Shown: one piece after another, positions 20,934 to 30,259 of the stretch
How positions within the stretch are numbered: position 1 is the first letter of the stretch
Layout of the letters: every line of letters starts with the position of its first letter
Assembly: GCA_964551305.1 (NCBI GenBank)
Contig: CAZKBT010000008.1
Coordinates: 2,272 to 66,271, forward strand
DNA: 64,000 nucleotides
From: an uncultured Burkholderiaceae bacterium
GTDB lineage: Bacteria; Pseudomonadota; Gammaproteobacteria; Burkholderiales; Burkholderiaceae_B
Direction of reading: 5' to 3'
Translations under genes and position numbers: made by a program
Notes under the pieces: generated by a model
Database searches by the model: none
The model's input: only the letters and a program-made list of their open reading frames with translations
What the model was told of the DNA's origin: nothing

Positions 20934-22895
20934 TTGGCGACAGCCCGCTATGACGAAGCATCCATACGTGTCCTGAAAGGCCTGGAGCCGGTACGGCAGC
21001 GTCCGGGCATGTACACGCGGACCGACAATCCCCTGCACATCGTCCAGGAAGTCATCGACAACGCCGCCGACGAGGCGCTGGGCGGCTTCGCCCAGGCCAT
21101 CAAGGTGACGCTGCATGCCGACGGCAGCGTCACGGTGGAGGATGACGGACGCGGCATCCCGACCGGCCTGCACCCCGAGGAAAACGCGCCGGTCGTGGAG
21201 CTGGTCTTCACGCGGCTGCACGCCGGGGGCAAGTTCGACAAGAAGGACGGGGGAGCCTATGCATTCTCGGGAGGCCTGCACGGCGTAGGGGTGTCGGTTA
21301 CGAACGCCTTGTCCAAGCGGCTGGAGGTTCGAGTCTGGCGCGATGGGCGGGCGCAGGAAATTGTTTTTGCAAATGGAAACGTTGCGACACCGTTGGTGGA
21401 GCTCGAGCCCGTCGGCAAGCGCAAGACGGGCACGCGCATCCGGGTATGGCCCGATCCCCGGTATTTCGACTCGGCCGTTCTTCCCATGGGCGACCTGACG
21501 CACTTGCTGCGCAGCAAGGCGGTGCTGCTGAGCGGCATCAAAGTCGTTCTCGTCATCGAGAAAACCGGCGAAACGCGGGAATGGCTATATAAAGAGGGGC
21601 TGCGCGGCTACCTGGACGAAGCGCTGGGCGACGCCGAGCGCATCGTGCCCTTGTTTTCCGGCGAGCAGTATGCCGGCGCCGATGACGACGCCTTCGCCGA
21701 GGGAGAGGGCGCTCAGTGGGTCGTCGCCTGGACGGGCGATGGCGCGGTCGTTCGCGAATCCTACGTGAATCTGATCGCGACCACGGCGGGCGGTACGCAC
21801 GAATCGGGGCTGCGCGAAGGCCTGTTTACCGCCGTCAAGTCGTTTTGCGAGCTGCATGGTCTGGTGCCCAAGGGCGTCAAGCTGCTGCCCGAGGACGTCT
21901 TCGCGCGCGCCAGCTTCGTTCTGTCGGCCAAGGTCCTGGATCCGCAGTTCCAGGGCCAGATCAAAGAACGCCTGAATAGCCGGGATGCCGTGCGTCTGGT
22001 CGGCGGGGCGGTGAAGAACGCGCTGGAACTCTGGCTGCACCAGAACGTCGAGCACGGCAAGAAACTGGCCGATATCGCGATCAAGCAGGCTCAGGCACGG
22101 GCCCGGTCGGCCCAGAAGGTCGAGAAGCGCAAGAGCTCGGGCGTCGCGGTGCTGCCGGGCAAGCTGACCGATTGCGAGTCCAGCGACGTCGGCCGGACGG
22201 AATTGTTCCTGGTCGAAGGCGATTCGGCGGGCGGATCGGCGAAAATGGGCCGGGACAAGGAATTTCAAGCCATTCTGCCGCTACGCGGCAAGGTTCTCAA
22301 TTCCTGGGAAGTCGATCGCGACCGGCTGTTCGCCAATAACGAAATCCACGACATTTCGGTTGCCCTGGGGGTGGACCCGCACGGGGCCGACGACCAGGCC
22401 GACTTGTCGGGACTTCGCTATGGCAAGATATGCATCCTGTCCGATGCGGACGTGGACGGCTCGCATATCCAGGTCCTGCTGCTCACCTTGTTTTTCCGGC
22501 ATTTCCCCAGGCTCATCGAAGCCGGCCACGTCTATGTGGCGCGTCCGCCTTTGTTCCGCCTCGACGTGCCGGCCAGCGGCAAGCGTCCGGCGCGCAAGAT
22601 CTATTGCCTGGATCAGGGCGAGATGACCGCGTCACTGGACAAGCTGCGCAAGGAGGGCGTGCGCGAAGGGGCCTGGAGCGTCAGCCGCTTCAAGGGCCTG
22701 GGCGAAATGAGCGCGGAGCAGTTGTGGGACACGACGCTCAATCCCGATACCCGCCGGCTCATGCCCGTGACGTACGGCGCCGCGGGCCGGGCCGCGACGG
22801 TCGTCATGTTCGAAATGCTGATGGGCAAGGGAGAGTCCTCGCAGCGACGGGTCTGGCTGGAAGAAAAAGGCAATCTGGCCGACGTAGATTTATAA
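20934..22895 (+). CDS. parE: DNA topoisomerase IV subunit B
   Basis: GHKL ATPase plus Toprim (LFLVEGDSAGGSAK), 653 aa without the GyrB-specific insertion. It is followed by parC. TTG start. Confidence 0.94.
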   Translation: MATARYDEASIRVLKGLEPVRQRPGMYTRTDNPLHIVQEVIDNAADEALGGFAQAIKVTLHADGSVTVEDDGRGIPTGLHPEENAPVVELVFTRLHAGGKFDKKDGGAYAFSGGLHGVGVSVTNALSKRLEVRVWRDGRAQEIVFANGNVATPLVELEPVGKRKTGTRIRVWPDPRYFDSAVLPMGDLTHLLRSKAVLLSGIKVVLVIEKTGETREWLYKEGLRGYLDEALGDAERIVPLFSGEQYAGADDDAFAEGEGAQWVVAWTGDGAVVRESYVNLIATTAGGTHESGLREGLFTAVKSFCELHGLVPKGVKLLPEDVFARASFVLSAKVLDPQFQGQIKERLNSRDAVRLVGGAVKNALELWLHQNVEHGKKLADIAIKQAQARARSAQKVEKRKSSGVAVLPGKLTDCESSDVGRTELFLVEGDSAGGSAKMGRDKEFQAILPLRGKVLNSWEVDRDRLFANNEIHDISVALGVDPHGADDQADLSGLRYGKICILSDADVDGSHIQVLLLTLFFRHFPRLIEAGHVYVARPPLFRLDVPASGKRPARKIYCLDQGEMTASLDKLRKEGVREGAWSVSRFKGLGEMSAEQLWDTTLNPDTRRLMPVTYGAAGRAATVVMFEMLMGKGESSQRRVWLEEKGNLADVDL

Positions 22896-22907
22896 AGCGA
22901 AATACAC

Positions 22908-25211
22908 ATGGATAGCACACAAGCAGGATTGTTTGAAGACAATGGCGATACGGATGGGCTGGCGCTGGCGCAGTATGCCGAGCAGGCTTATCTGGACTAT
23001 GCGGTATCGGTGGTCAGGGGCAGGGCGCTGCCCGAAGTCTGCGACGGCCAGAAGCCCGTGCAGCGGCGTATTCTTTACGCGATGCAGGCCATGGGCCTGG
23101 GGCCGAACGCCGAGCCCGTCAAGTCGGCGCGGGTGGTGGGCGACGTGCTGGGCAAATACCATCCCCACGGGGACCAGGCGGCCTACGACGCCATGGTGCG
23201 CATGGCGCAGGATTTCACGCTGCGCTATCCCTTGATCGACGGCCAGGGCAATTTCGGTTCCCGCGACGGCGACAACGCGGCGGCGATGCGCTACACGGAA
23301 GCCCGCTTGACGCCGTTTTCCCGGATTTTGCTGGACGAGCTGGACGAGGGCACCGTCGACTTCGTTCCCAACTACGACGGCAGCCAGAACGAGCCGGCCA
23401 TGTTGCCTGCCCGCCTGCCCGTGATGCTGCTCAACGGCGCATCCGGCATCGCGGTGGGCATGGCCACGGAAATTCCGTCGCATAATCTGCGCGAGGTCGC
23501 GCGGGCCTGTGTCGCCATGATCCGGCAGCCCAGGATCACCGACCAGGAGCTGCACGAGATCGTGCCCGGGCCGGATTTCGCTGGCGGCGCGCAGATCATT
23601 TCGCCGACCCACGACATGGCGCAGATCTACGCGTCGGGCAGGGGCACCATCAAGGCGCGCGCGCGCTGGGTCTTCGAGGAAATGGCGCGCGGGCAATGGC
23701 AGCTGGTGGCTACCGAATTGCCGCCCGGCACGTCGGCGCAGCGCATCCTCGAGGAAATCGAGGATCGCACCAATCCCAAAGTCAAGGCGGGCAAGAAATC
23801 CCTGTCCGCCGAACAGCAGCAGACCAAGGCCCTGGTGCTGGGCATGCTGGATTCGGTGCGCGACGAATCGGGCAAGCAGGATGCCGTGCGTCTGGTGTTC
23901 GAACCGAAAAGCAGTCGCATCGACCGTGACGAATTCGTCAACATGCTGCTGGCGCAAACCAGCCTCGAGGGCAACGTGTCGCTGAATCTGGTGTGCATCG
24001 GCCTGGACGGCCGTCCGGGTCAGCGCTCGCTGCGCCAGGTACTGGATGAGTGGCTACGGTTCCGCGCCGACACGATGACCCGCCGCACTCGGTATCGCCT
24101 GGACAAGGTCACCGACAGGATACACGTGCTGCGCGGCCGCATGGTCGTGTACCTGAACGTCGACGAGGTCATCCAGACCATCCGCGAATCGGACGAGCCG
24201 CGCCAGGCCTTGATGGACCGCTTCGACCTCAGCGAGCGTCAGGCCGACGACATCCTGGAAATGCGCCTACGGCAATTGGCGCGCCTGGAAGGTTTCAAGA
24301 TCGAAAAGGAGCTTGCCGCGCAAGAGATCGAACAGGCCGCCCTGCAGGAGCTGCTGGACAGCCCGAGCGCCTTCAAACGCTTGATGATCAAGGAGATCGA
24401 GAGCGATGCGAAGGTGTACGGCGACGACAGGCGCACCCTGATCGAGCCGGCGCAAAAAGCGGTCATGCAGACCAAGGTGGTCGAGGAGCCGGTCACGGTA
24501 ATCGTTTCGCAGAAAGGCTGGCTGCGCGCGCGGCAAGGCCATGGCCATGATGCGACGCAGTTCAATTTCAAGGCGGGCGACAAGTTTTATGATGCATTCG
24601 AGTGCCGCAGCACGGATGACCTGGTGGCCATATCCAATACGGGCCGGGTCTATACCGTCGCCGTCTCCAGCCTGCCGTCCGCGCGCGGCGACGGCCAGCC
24701 GATCACATCCATGATCGATCTGGAGCCGGGGGCGCACGTCGCGCACATGATCGTCGGCGTGCCGGAGGATCGTTTCGTCCTAGGCACGTCCCGGGGCTAC
24801 GGTTTCATCGCCGGCTTCAAGCACATGACGACGCGCCAGCGGGCGGGCAAGCAGTTCATTACGCTGGATGACAAAGACACCCTGCTCAAGCCGATGGCTT
24901 TGCGCAGCGGCGACCGCTACGTCGCCATGCTGACCGCCAGGCAGCGTTTCCTGATCGTTGCGCTGGACGAGCTGAAAACCCTGTCCGGCGGCGGGCGCGG
25001 CACGATATTGATGAGCGTCGACGACGCGGACACCATCGCGCAATGGGCGCCGGCGGGAGAGCAGGGGCTGCAGGTGGGCGGGGTGTACAGGAACAAGGAC
25101 ACGACGGTCATGCTGGACGCTGAAACGATGGCCGGCTACATCGGCAAGCGCGCGCGCAAGGGCAAGGCGCTGGACATCAAGATCAAGCAGCCCAACCTGT
25201 TCGCGATCTGA
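22908..25211 (+). CDS. parC: DNA topoisomerase IV subunit A
   Basis: Type IIA breakage-reunion domain ([10 protein letters not shown] catalytic Tyr context), 767 aa, adjacent to parE. Confidence 0.95.
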   Translation: MDSTQAGLFEDNGDTDGLALAQYAEQAYLDYAVSVVRGRALPEVCDGQKPVQRRILYAMQAMGLGPNAEPVKSARVVGDVLGKYHPHGDQAAYDAMVRMAQDFTLRYPLIDGQGNFGSRDGDNAAAMRYTEARLTPFSRILLDELDEGTVDFVPNYDGSQNEPAMLPARLPVMLLNGASGIAVGMATEIPSHNLREVARACVAMIRQPRITDQELHEIVPGPDFAGGAQIISPTHDMAQIYASGRGTIKARARWVFEEMARGQWQLVATELPPGTSAQRILEEIEDRTNPKVKAGKKSLSAEQQQTKALVLGMLDSVRDESGKQDAVRLVFEPKSSRIDRDEFVNMLLAQTSLEGNVSLNLVCIGLDGRPGQRSLRQVLDEWLRFRADTMTRRTRYRLDKVTDRIHVLRGRMVVYLNVDEVIQTIRESDEPRQALMDRFDLSERQADDILEMRLRQLARLEGFKIEKELAAQEIEQAALQELLDSPSAFKRLMIKEIESDAKVYGDDRRTLIEPAQKAVMQTKVVEEPVTVIVSQKGWLRARQGHGHDATQFNFKAGDKFYDAFECRSTDDLVAISNTGRVYTVAVSSLPSARGDGQPITSMIDLEPGAHVAHMIVGVPEDRFVLGTSRGYGFIAGFKHMTTRQRAGKQFITLDDKDTLLKPMALRSGDRYVAMLTARQRFLIVALDELKTLSGGGRGTILMSVDDADTIAQWAPAGEQGLQVGGVYRNKDTTVMLDAETMAGYIGKRARKGKALDIKIKQPNLFAI

Positions 25212-25288
25212 GTCCGCGCCATGCCGAAGCGGATTTCCGTTCTAGAATGCCGTATTCATCATCCTGTCTTTTTGTCGATACGAACGTC

Positions 25289-26323
25289 ATGAGTTTCAAC
25301 ATCACCGTACACCCCAGCAAGCACGTATTCACCGCGGCCGCGGGCCAGTCAGTGCTCGACGCGGCGCTGGACGCGGGCATCGTGTTGCCCTACAGCTGTC
25401 GCAACGGCGCATGTTCCTCCTGCAAGGGACGCGTCGTTTCAGGGGAATATGATGCGGGGTCCAGCCCGGCGGAGATCCTTACGCCCGAAGAGCTCGAGCA
25501 AGGCTTCACCCTGTTCTGCCAGGCGGTGCCGACCTCGGACCTGGAGATCGAGGCGCATGAAATCCGGATGGCCGGCGACATCCAGATCCGCAAGATGCCG
25601 TCCCGGGTGATGGGTATGGAAAAACTCAATGACGACGTCATGGTGCTGACCTTGCAGCTGCCCGCCGCGGATCCTTTCCGGTTCTATCCGGGCCAGTATC
25701 TCGAGTTCATCCTGCGCGACGGCAAGCGGCGCAGTTATTCCATGGCGAACACGCCGCAGGAAAACAATCAGGTCCAGTTGCATTTGCGGCATATGCCGGG
25801 CGGAGCGTTCACCGATCATGTGTTCGGCGTGGGCGAAACCCAGATGAAGGTACGCGAGATCCAGCGTGTCGAAGGGCCTTTCGGCTCGTTTTTTCTGCGC
25901 GACGACATCGATGCGCCCATCGTGTTCCTGGCCAGCGGGACGGGTTTCGCGCCCATCAAGGCCATCATCGAGAACATGATCCGCGCGGGCGACAAACGGC
26001 CGGCGGTGCTTTATTGGGGCGGACGCCGTCCCAAGGATCTGTATATGCATCAATTGGCTGAAAGCTGGGAACAAAGACTGCCCGATTTTCGGTATATTGC
26101 CGTGGTGTCGGACGCGCTGGCTGAAGATAATTGGCAAGGGCGCACGGGTCTCGTGCACCGCGCCGTCATGCAAGACTTTCCCGACCTGTCGGGACATCAG
26201 GTCTACGCCTGTGGAGCGCCGATCATGGTTGAAACGGCGCGCAAGGATTTCATCCAATCGTGCGGCCTGCCGGACGACGCGTTTTTTGCCGATGCGTTTA
26301 CATCTCAGGCGGATGCCAAATGA
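25289..26323 (+). CDS. [2Fe-2S] ferredoxin-FAD/NAD(P) oxidoreductase (CDP-6-deoxy-delta-3,4-glucoseen reductase-like)
   Basis: N-terminal plant-type ferredoxin Cys pattern (CRNGACSSCKG), FAD-binding RSYSMAN, and an NAD-binding GTGFAP motif. Confidence 0.85.
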   Translation: MSFNITVHPSKHVFTAAAGQSVLDAALDAGIVLPYSCRNGACSSCKGRVVSGEYDAGSSPAEILTPEELEQGFTLFCQAVPTSDLEIEAHEIRMAGDIQIRKMPSRVMGMEKLNDDVMVLTLQLPAADPFRFYPGQYLEFILRDGKRRSYSMANTPQENNQVQLHLRHMPGGAFTDHVFGVGETQMKVREIQRVEGPFGSFFLRDDIDAPIVFLASGTGFAPIKAIIENMIRAGDKRPAVLYWGGRRPKDLYMHQLAESWEQRLPDFRYIAVVSDALAEDNWQGRTGLVHRAVMQDFPDLSGHQVYACGAPIMVETARKDFIQSCGLPDDAFFADAFTSQADAK

Positions 26324-27573
26324 AAATTGCAGTGCTCGGTAGTGGGGTCATAGGGACGTCGACCGCATGGTGGTTGAATCAGGCGGGACATGACGTCGTC
26401 GTCGTCGATCGTGAAACGGGCTCCGCCAGGCAAACCAGCCGCGCCAATGGCGGGCAGATTTCCGTATCCTATGCCGAGCCCTGGGCCCATCCCCAAGCGC
26501 CCATGAAAGTGCTGCGCTGGATGTTCCAAGACAATGCGCCCATGCTGTTTCGTCCGCAATGCGACCCGCGCCAGTGGCTTTGGGCGGCGGCATTCCTGCG
26601 CGAATGCCTGCCTTCGCGCCAGGCCGGCAACATCCGGGCCATGGTGCGGATGTCGGAGTACAGCCGCCGTATCCTGCAGGAAATGCGCAGCGACCTGGAT
26701 ATCGCCTACGACCACCTTGAACACGGCATTCTGCATTTTTATCGCAGCCAGGCGGATTTCGATCATTCGCAACGCGGCGCCGATGCCATGCGCGATTACG
26801 GCGTCGACCGCCGCATCGTCAGCGCCGACGAAGTGATACGGATCGAGCCGGCGCTGGCGTCCGTGCGCCATACGATAGTCGGAGGCGACTACACGCCGGA
26901 AGACGAATCGGGCGACGTGCACAAGTTCACCGTGGCGTTGGCCGAACGGGCGGCCGCGGCGGGTGTGCGGTTTCTGTATTCCACGAAAGTCAATCGTCTC
27001 ATGGCTGAAGGCGGCGAGATCGTCGCGGCCGAAACCATCAATCCCGAAGGCATATACGAAACCGTTAGGGCCGATGCCTTCGTGGCGGCGCTGGGGTCGT
27101 ATACGCCCATGCTGGTGCGCCCCCTGGGCGTTCCGTGCATGGTCTATCCCGCCAAGGGGTATTCGGCGACGTTCGCGCTGCGCGACGAAAGCGCGGCGCC
27201 GATGGTCGCCCTGACCGACAGCGCCAACAAAATCGTGTACAGTCGCCTGGGAGCGACCTTGCGCATGGCGGGCACCGCCGAGCTTTCCGGTTATTCCAGG
27301 GCCTTGAATGAAAGCCGCTGCCGCGCCATGGTGCGCATGGCGCATGAATTGTTTCCCGAGGCGATCGACGTGGAAAACGTGCGGTTCTGGTCGGGCTTGC
27401 GGCCGGCGACGCCGTCCAACGTGCCCTTGATCGGGCGCACGCGGATCAGGAACTTGTATTTGAATACCGGGCACGGCTCCCTGGGCTGGACCATGGGTGC
27501 CGGATCCGGCCGTGCATTGGCCGATCTGATTTCGGGTAGAACGCCGGAACCGGATTTCCCTTTCCTTGCTTGA
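26320..27573 (+). CDS. FAD-dependent oxidoreductase, D-amino-acid dehydrogenase (DadA) family
   Basis: MKIAVLGSGVIGTSTAW Rossmann dinucleotide fold. ATGA overlap with the upstream gene. 417 aa. Confidence 0.83.
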   Translation: MKIAVLGSGVIGTSTAWWLNQAGHDVVVVDRETGSARQTSRANGGQISVSYAEPWAHPQAPMKVLRWMFQDNAPMLFRPQCDPRQWLWAAAFLRECLPSRQAGNIRAMVRMSEYSRRILQEMRSDLDIAYDHLEHGILHFYRSQADFDHSQRGADAMRDYGVDRRIVSADEVIRIEPALASVRHTIVGGDYTPEDESGDVHKFTVALAERAAAAGVRFLYSTKVNRLMAEGGEIVAAETINPEGIYETVRADAFVAALGSYTPMLVRPLGVPCMVYPAKGYSATFALRDESAAPMVALTDSANKIVYSRLGATLRMAGTAELSGYSRALNESRCRAMVRMAHELFPEAIDVENVRFWSGLRPATPSNVPLIGRTRIRNLYLNTGHGSLGWTMGAGSGRALADLISGRTPEPDFPFLA

Positions 27574-27583
27574 GTACACCATT

Positions 27584-28903
27584 ATGAATGATCGATCTGT
27601 GCGTTTTTTCTCCAAGCCGGCGCGCTTGGCATGGGCGGGTGCGGGGGCGATGCTGCTGTGCTCTACGGTAGCCGTCGCCGCAACGGATGTCAGGGTGTGG
27701 CATGCCTTGAGTCCCCATAACAAAGACGTTTTCGAGGGCCTGGTCAAAGACTTCAACCGCAGCCAGAAGGATGTGATGGTCAAGCTCAAGGCCTTCGATT
27801 CGCCGGATGCCGTCGAAGCCGCGATCGAAGCGGCGAAATCCCGTGACGACAAGCCCCATCTGGCTCAACTGGACGATCATCGCTCCCAGAACGATCTGGC
27901 GTCGCGGGACTACGTTCAGCCTTTGCACGCCTTGCTGTCCAAGCATCCGATCAAGGATGCGAAGTGGTTCTTGTCGGAACAGAACACCTATCTGCGCGAT
28001 ACCAAGAACAGGCTGCTGGCGTTTCCGTACATGACCGAAGTGCCCGTCATGTTCTATAACCTGGATGCGTTCAAGACGGCGGGTATTACGCCGCCCGTGC
28101 CGCAGCGGGCCTGGAGCGGGTTGCAGGACCAGCTGGTGTCGCTGGCCAATAACGGATCGCGCAAATGCCCTCTGACGAGCGACCAGTCGGTCTCGGTCAA
28201 TCTGGAGAACCTGGCGGCGGTGAACAACCAGCCTTACACGACCAGCGGCAACGGCCTGGTGAAGGGAACGCCGGCGTTTCAATTCGATGTGATCTACATA
28301 CGTCACCTATCCCTCATGATCAGCTGGGTCCGATCCGAATTGATGCTCAAGCCCGAAAACGACGTCAAGGCGGTGGAACGGTTTGCGAATCGGGAGTGCG
28401 CCGTCCTGTTTTCCGGATCCGGCAATATCGGCTTGTTCCAGAACTCGCGCGGCTTGAACTTTGCAGTGAGCGGCCTGCCTTATTACCCCCAGGTGACGCA
28501 GACGCCGGGCAGTCCCTTCGTATCCGGCTCCGCGATCTGGGCGATTGCAGGCCATTCCAAAGAGCACGATGCGGCCAGCGCCCAGTTCCTGGAATGGCTG
28601 GCTCAACCCAAGCAGGCCGCCGAGTGGTACCAGAAGACGGGCTTCCTGCCCCTGACGCAGCAGGCATTCGCGACCACCAGCGCTTCCTATTACAAGGATC
28701 TGGGCGATTGGCGCAATCTGGCCGCCGCGTATGAAAAAGCGCCGGGGCAGACTTCGCGCGGCTTCAGGGTGAATAATTATCCGAAGATCAAAACCATGTT
28801 CCGCGCCACCCTGGATCGCGCGCTGAATGGCGAGCAGCCGGCCGTAACGGCGCTACGCTACGCGTCGGTCGAGGCCGGCAAGCTGATGCGCGAAAAAAAA
28901 TAA
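27584..28903 (+). CDS. periplasmic ABC-type solute-binding protein (family 1, UgpB-like), no permease or ATPase nearby
   Basis: Signal peptide (...LLCSTVAVAA) and ~440-aa two-lobe SBP-like sequence. Starts 11 nt after the dadA-like stop. Confidence 0.82.
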   Translation: MNDRSVRFFSKPARLAWAGAGAMLLCSTVAVAATDVRVWHALSPHNKDVFEGLVKDFNRSQKDVMVKLKAFDSPDAVEAAIEAAKSRDDKPHLAQLDDHRSQNDLASRDYVQPLHALLSKHPIKDAKWFLSEQNTYLRDTKNRLLAFPYMTEVPVMFYNLDAFKTAGITPPVPQRAWSGLQDQLVSLANNGSRKCPLTSDQSVSVNLENLAAVNNQPYTTSGNGLVKGTPAFQFDVIYIRHLSLMISWVRSELMLKPENDVKAVERFANRECAVLFSGSGNIGLFQNSRGLNFAVSGLPYYPQVTQTPGSPFVSGSAIWAIAGHSKEHDAASAQFLEWLAQPKQAAEWYQKTGFLPLTQQAFATTSASYYKDLGDWRNLAAAYEKAPGQTSRGFRVNNYPKIKTMFRATLDRALNGEQPAVTALRYASVEAGKLMREKK

Positions 28904-28945
28904 CGTCCGGGCTGCAGCACGCGGTCTTGTCGAAGCCCGCCGGTT

Positions 28946-28990
28946 ACGCCCCGAGAGCCGGATGCCTGTCCGGTTCCCGGGGCGTTTTTC
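28946..28990 (+). terminator. intrinsic terminator after the SBP gene
   Basis: Stem ACGCCCCG (28946-28953) / CGGGGCGT (28978-28985) enclosing an inner CCGGA/TCCGG hairpin, followed by TTTTT. Confidence 0.65.
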
Positions 28991-29121
28991 ATGAGAAAAA
29001 AGTCAGCGCCAAAAAATACCATCCGTAGTCCCCAGTCTATTGTCGATAGCGTTCGGCATGCACCATGGATCCCAGGCGTGCCCATACGGGCATCCATGTA
29101 CAGGACGAAATAGGTGCAAAC

Positions 29122-29676
29122 ATGAATCGACTGCTGTTGATGGCGCTGGCGTTGGCGGTGTTGCCCGGTTGCGCGGACCTGCCCGCGCAGCGGCTGCTTG
29201 CTTCGTGGCTGTCCGACAAGTCCGCCGGCTCCGCCGAATATCGGGAACCGGCGCGTTATCGCTTCGACTGGAGATTGTCGGGCGACCGCCGCGTCGGGCC
29301 GCTGCAAGTCTTTGACGACGGAGCGCGTACCTGGCTGCAATTCGACGCCGGGCAAGCGGTTCCGGCCATCTTTTCCCGTGATGCGTATGGAGATATATTA
29401 TTGACATATCGCCGCGAAGGGGGCTATGTCGTCCTGGAAGGCGTCAGGCCGTTGCTGGTGTTGCGGGGCGGCGCATTGGAAAGCCGCGTTTCGCTGATCG
29501 ATGCGTCCGATACGTCGTCGAAGGGGGAAGCGTCCGCGCACGTTCCCCCTGTCCTTGTCCGGCCCGCAAGCCCGCCGCAACCCCCGTTGCGCGAATCCGA
29601 GGCAGCCATCGACCCTGCTCAGACATGCGACGGGACCGCGTCGAGCGTCGTTGCGGCATCTCCATGTCGACGTTGA
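29122..29676 (+). CDS. lipoprotein with VirB9/TrbG-like N-terminal beta-domain
   Basis: Lipobox LAVLPGC. The block YRFDWRLSGDRRVGPLQVFDDGARTWLQF...PAIF...ILLTYRREGGYVVLEGV...LVLRGG resembles the VirB9/TrbG/CagX repeat (recall only). Pro-rich tail. Confidence 0.6.
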   Translation: MNRLLLMALALAVLPGCADLPAQRLLASWLSDKSAGSAEYREPARYRFDWRLSGDRRVGPLQVFDDGARTWLQFDAGQAVPAIFSRDAYGDILLTYRREGGYVVLEGVRPLLVLRGGALESRVSLIDASDTSSKGEASAHVPPVLVRPASPPQPPLRESEAAIDPAQTCDGTASSVVAASPCRR

Positions 29677-29837
29677 ACCGCCGTCCCGTCACGCATGCCG
29701 TTCGCGCCACGTTTTCCTGTACCGACAGGCCCGGGCCGCGGCGCCGCGCAGAAGGGGGATTTGGTCTGGATGAAGCGCCGACCGCGTCCGTCATTTCGCT
29801 TTGGAAGCGCCGGCCGGAAATCGAACGTCGGCGTCCC

Positions 29838-30224
29838 ATGTTCCGAAAGCCGCGTTTCGATCCGGCCCACGCGACGGTGATCGCGACGCAGGCGGATTTG
29901 CTGGCGATGCGGCCCGGCATCGCACGTCCCCTGAGCGCCCGCTTCGATGCGCCGGAGTTGGCCGACCGGATATGTCCCGTGCTCTTGAGCGACGACACGG
30001 TTGCGATCCTCGCCACGCCCGATGACGTGGGCGGCGATCATGCCGGCGAACTGGCGTGGCGTATCGCATTATCGGGAGGGCGGGATCCCTCGCAGATCGT
30101 CCGCTACGTATTGAGCGCCTCGCTATTGCTCGAGGTGACGCGCGGCGGCCTGAGTGCGCGCATTTCCTTCGCGGCGGATTCGGCGCGGGCGGCGTTATCA
30201 CCTTCCTTGAAACACACCCTATAA
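29838..30224 (+). CDS. hypothetical protein (start uncertain; ORF open from 29625)
   Basis: Coding-like codon bias downstream of MFRKPRF. Weak resemblance to T2SS-E N-terminal (MshEN-type) domains. No firm motif. Confidence 0.35.
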   Translation: MFRKPRFDPAHATVIATQADLLAMRPGIARPLSARFDAPELADRICPVLLSDDTVAILATPDDVGGDHAGELAWRIALSGGRDPSQIVRYVLSASLLLEVTRGGLSARISFAADSARAALSPSLKHTL

Positions 30225-30259
30225 TTAACAGTTACTTATTAATTCGTGTTTCTTTCAAT

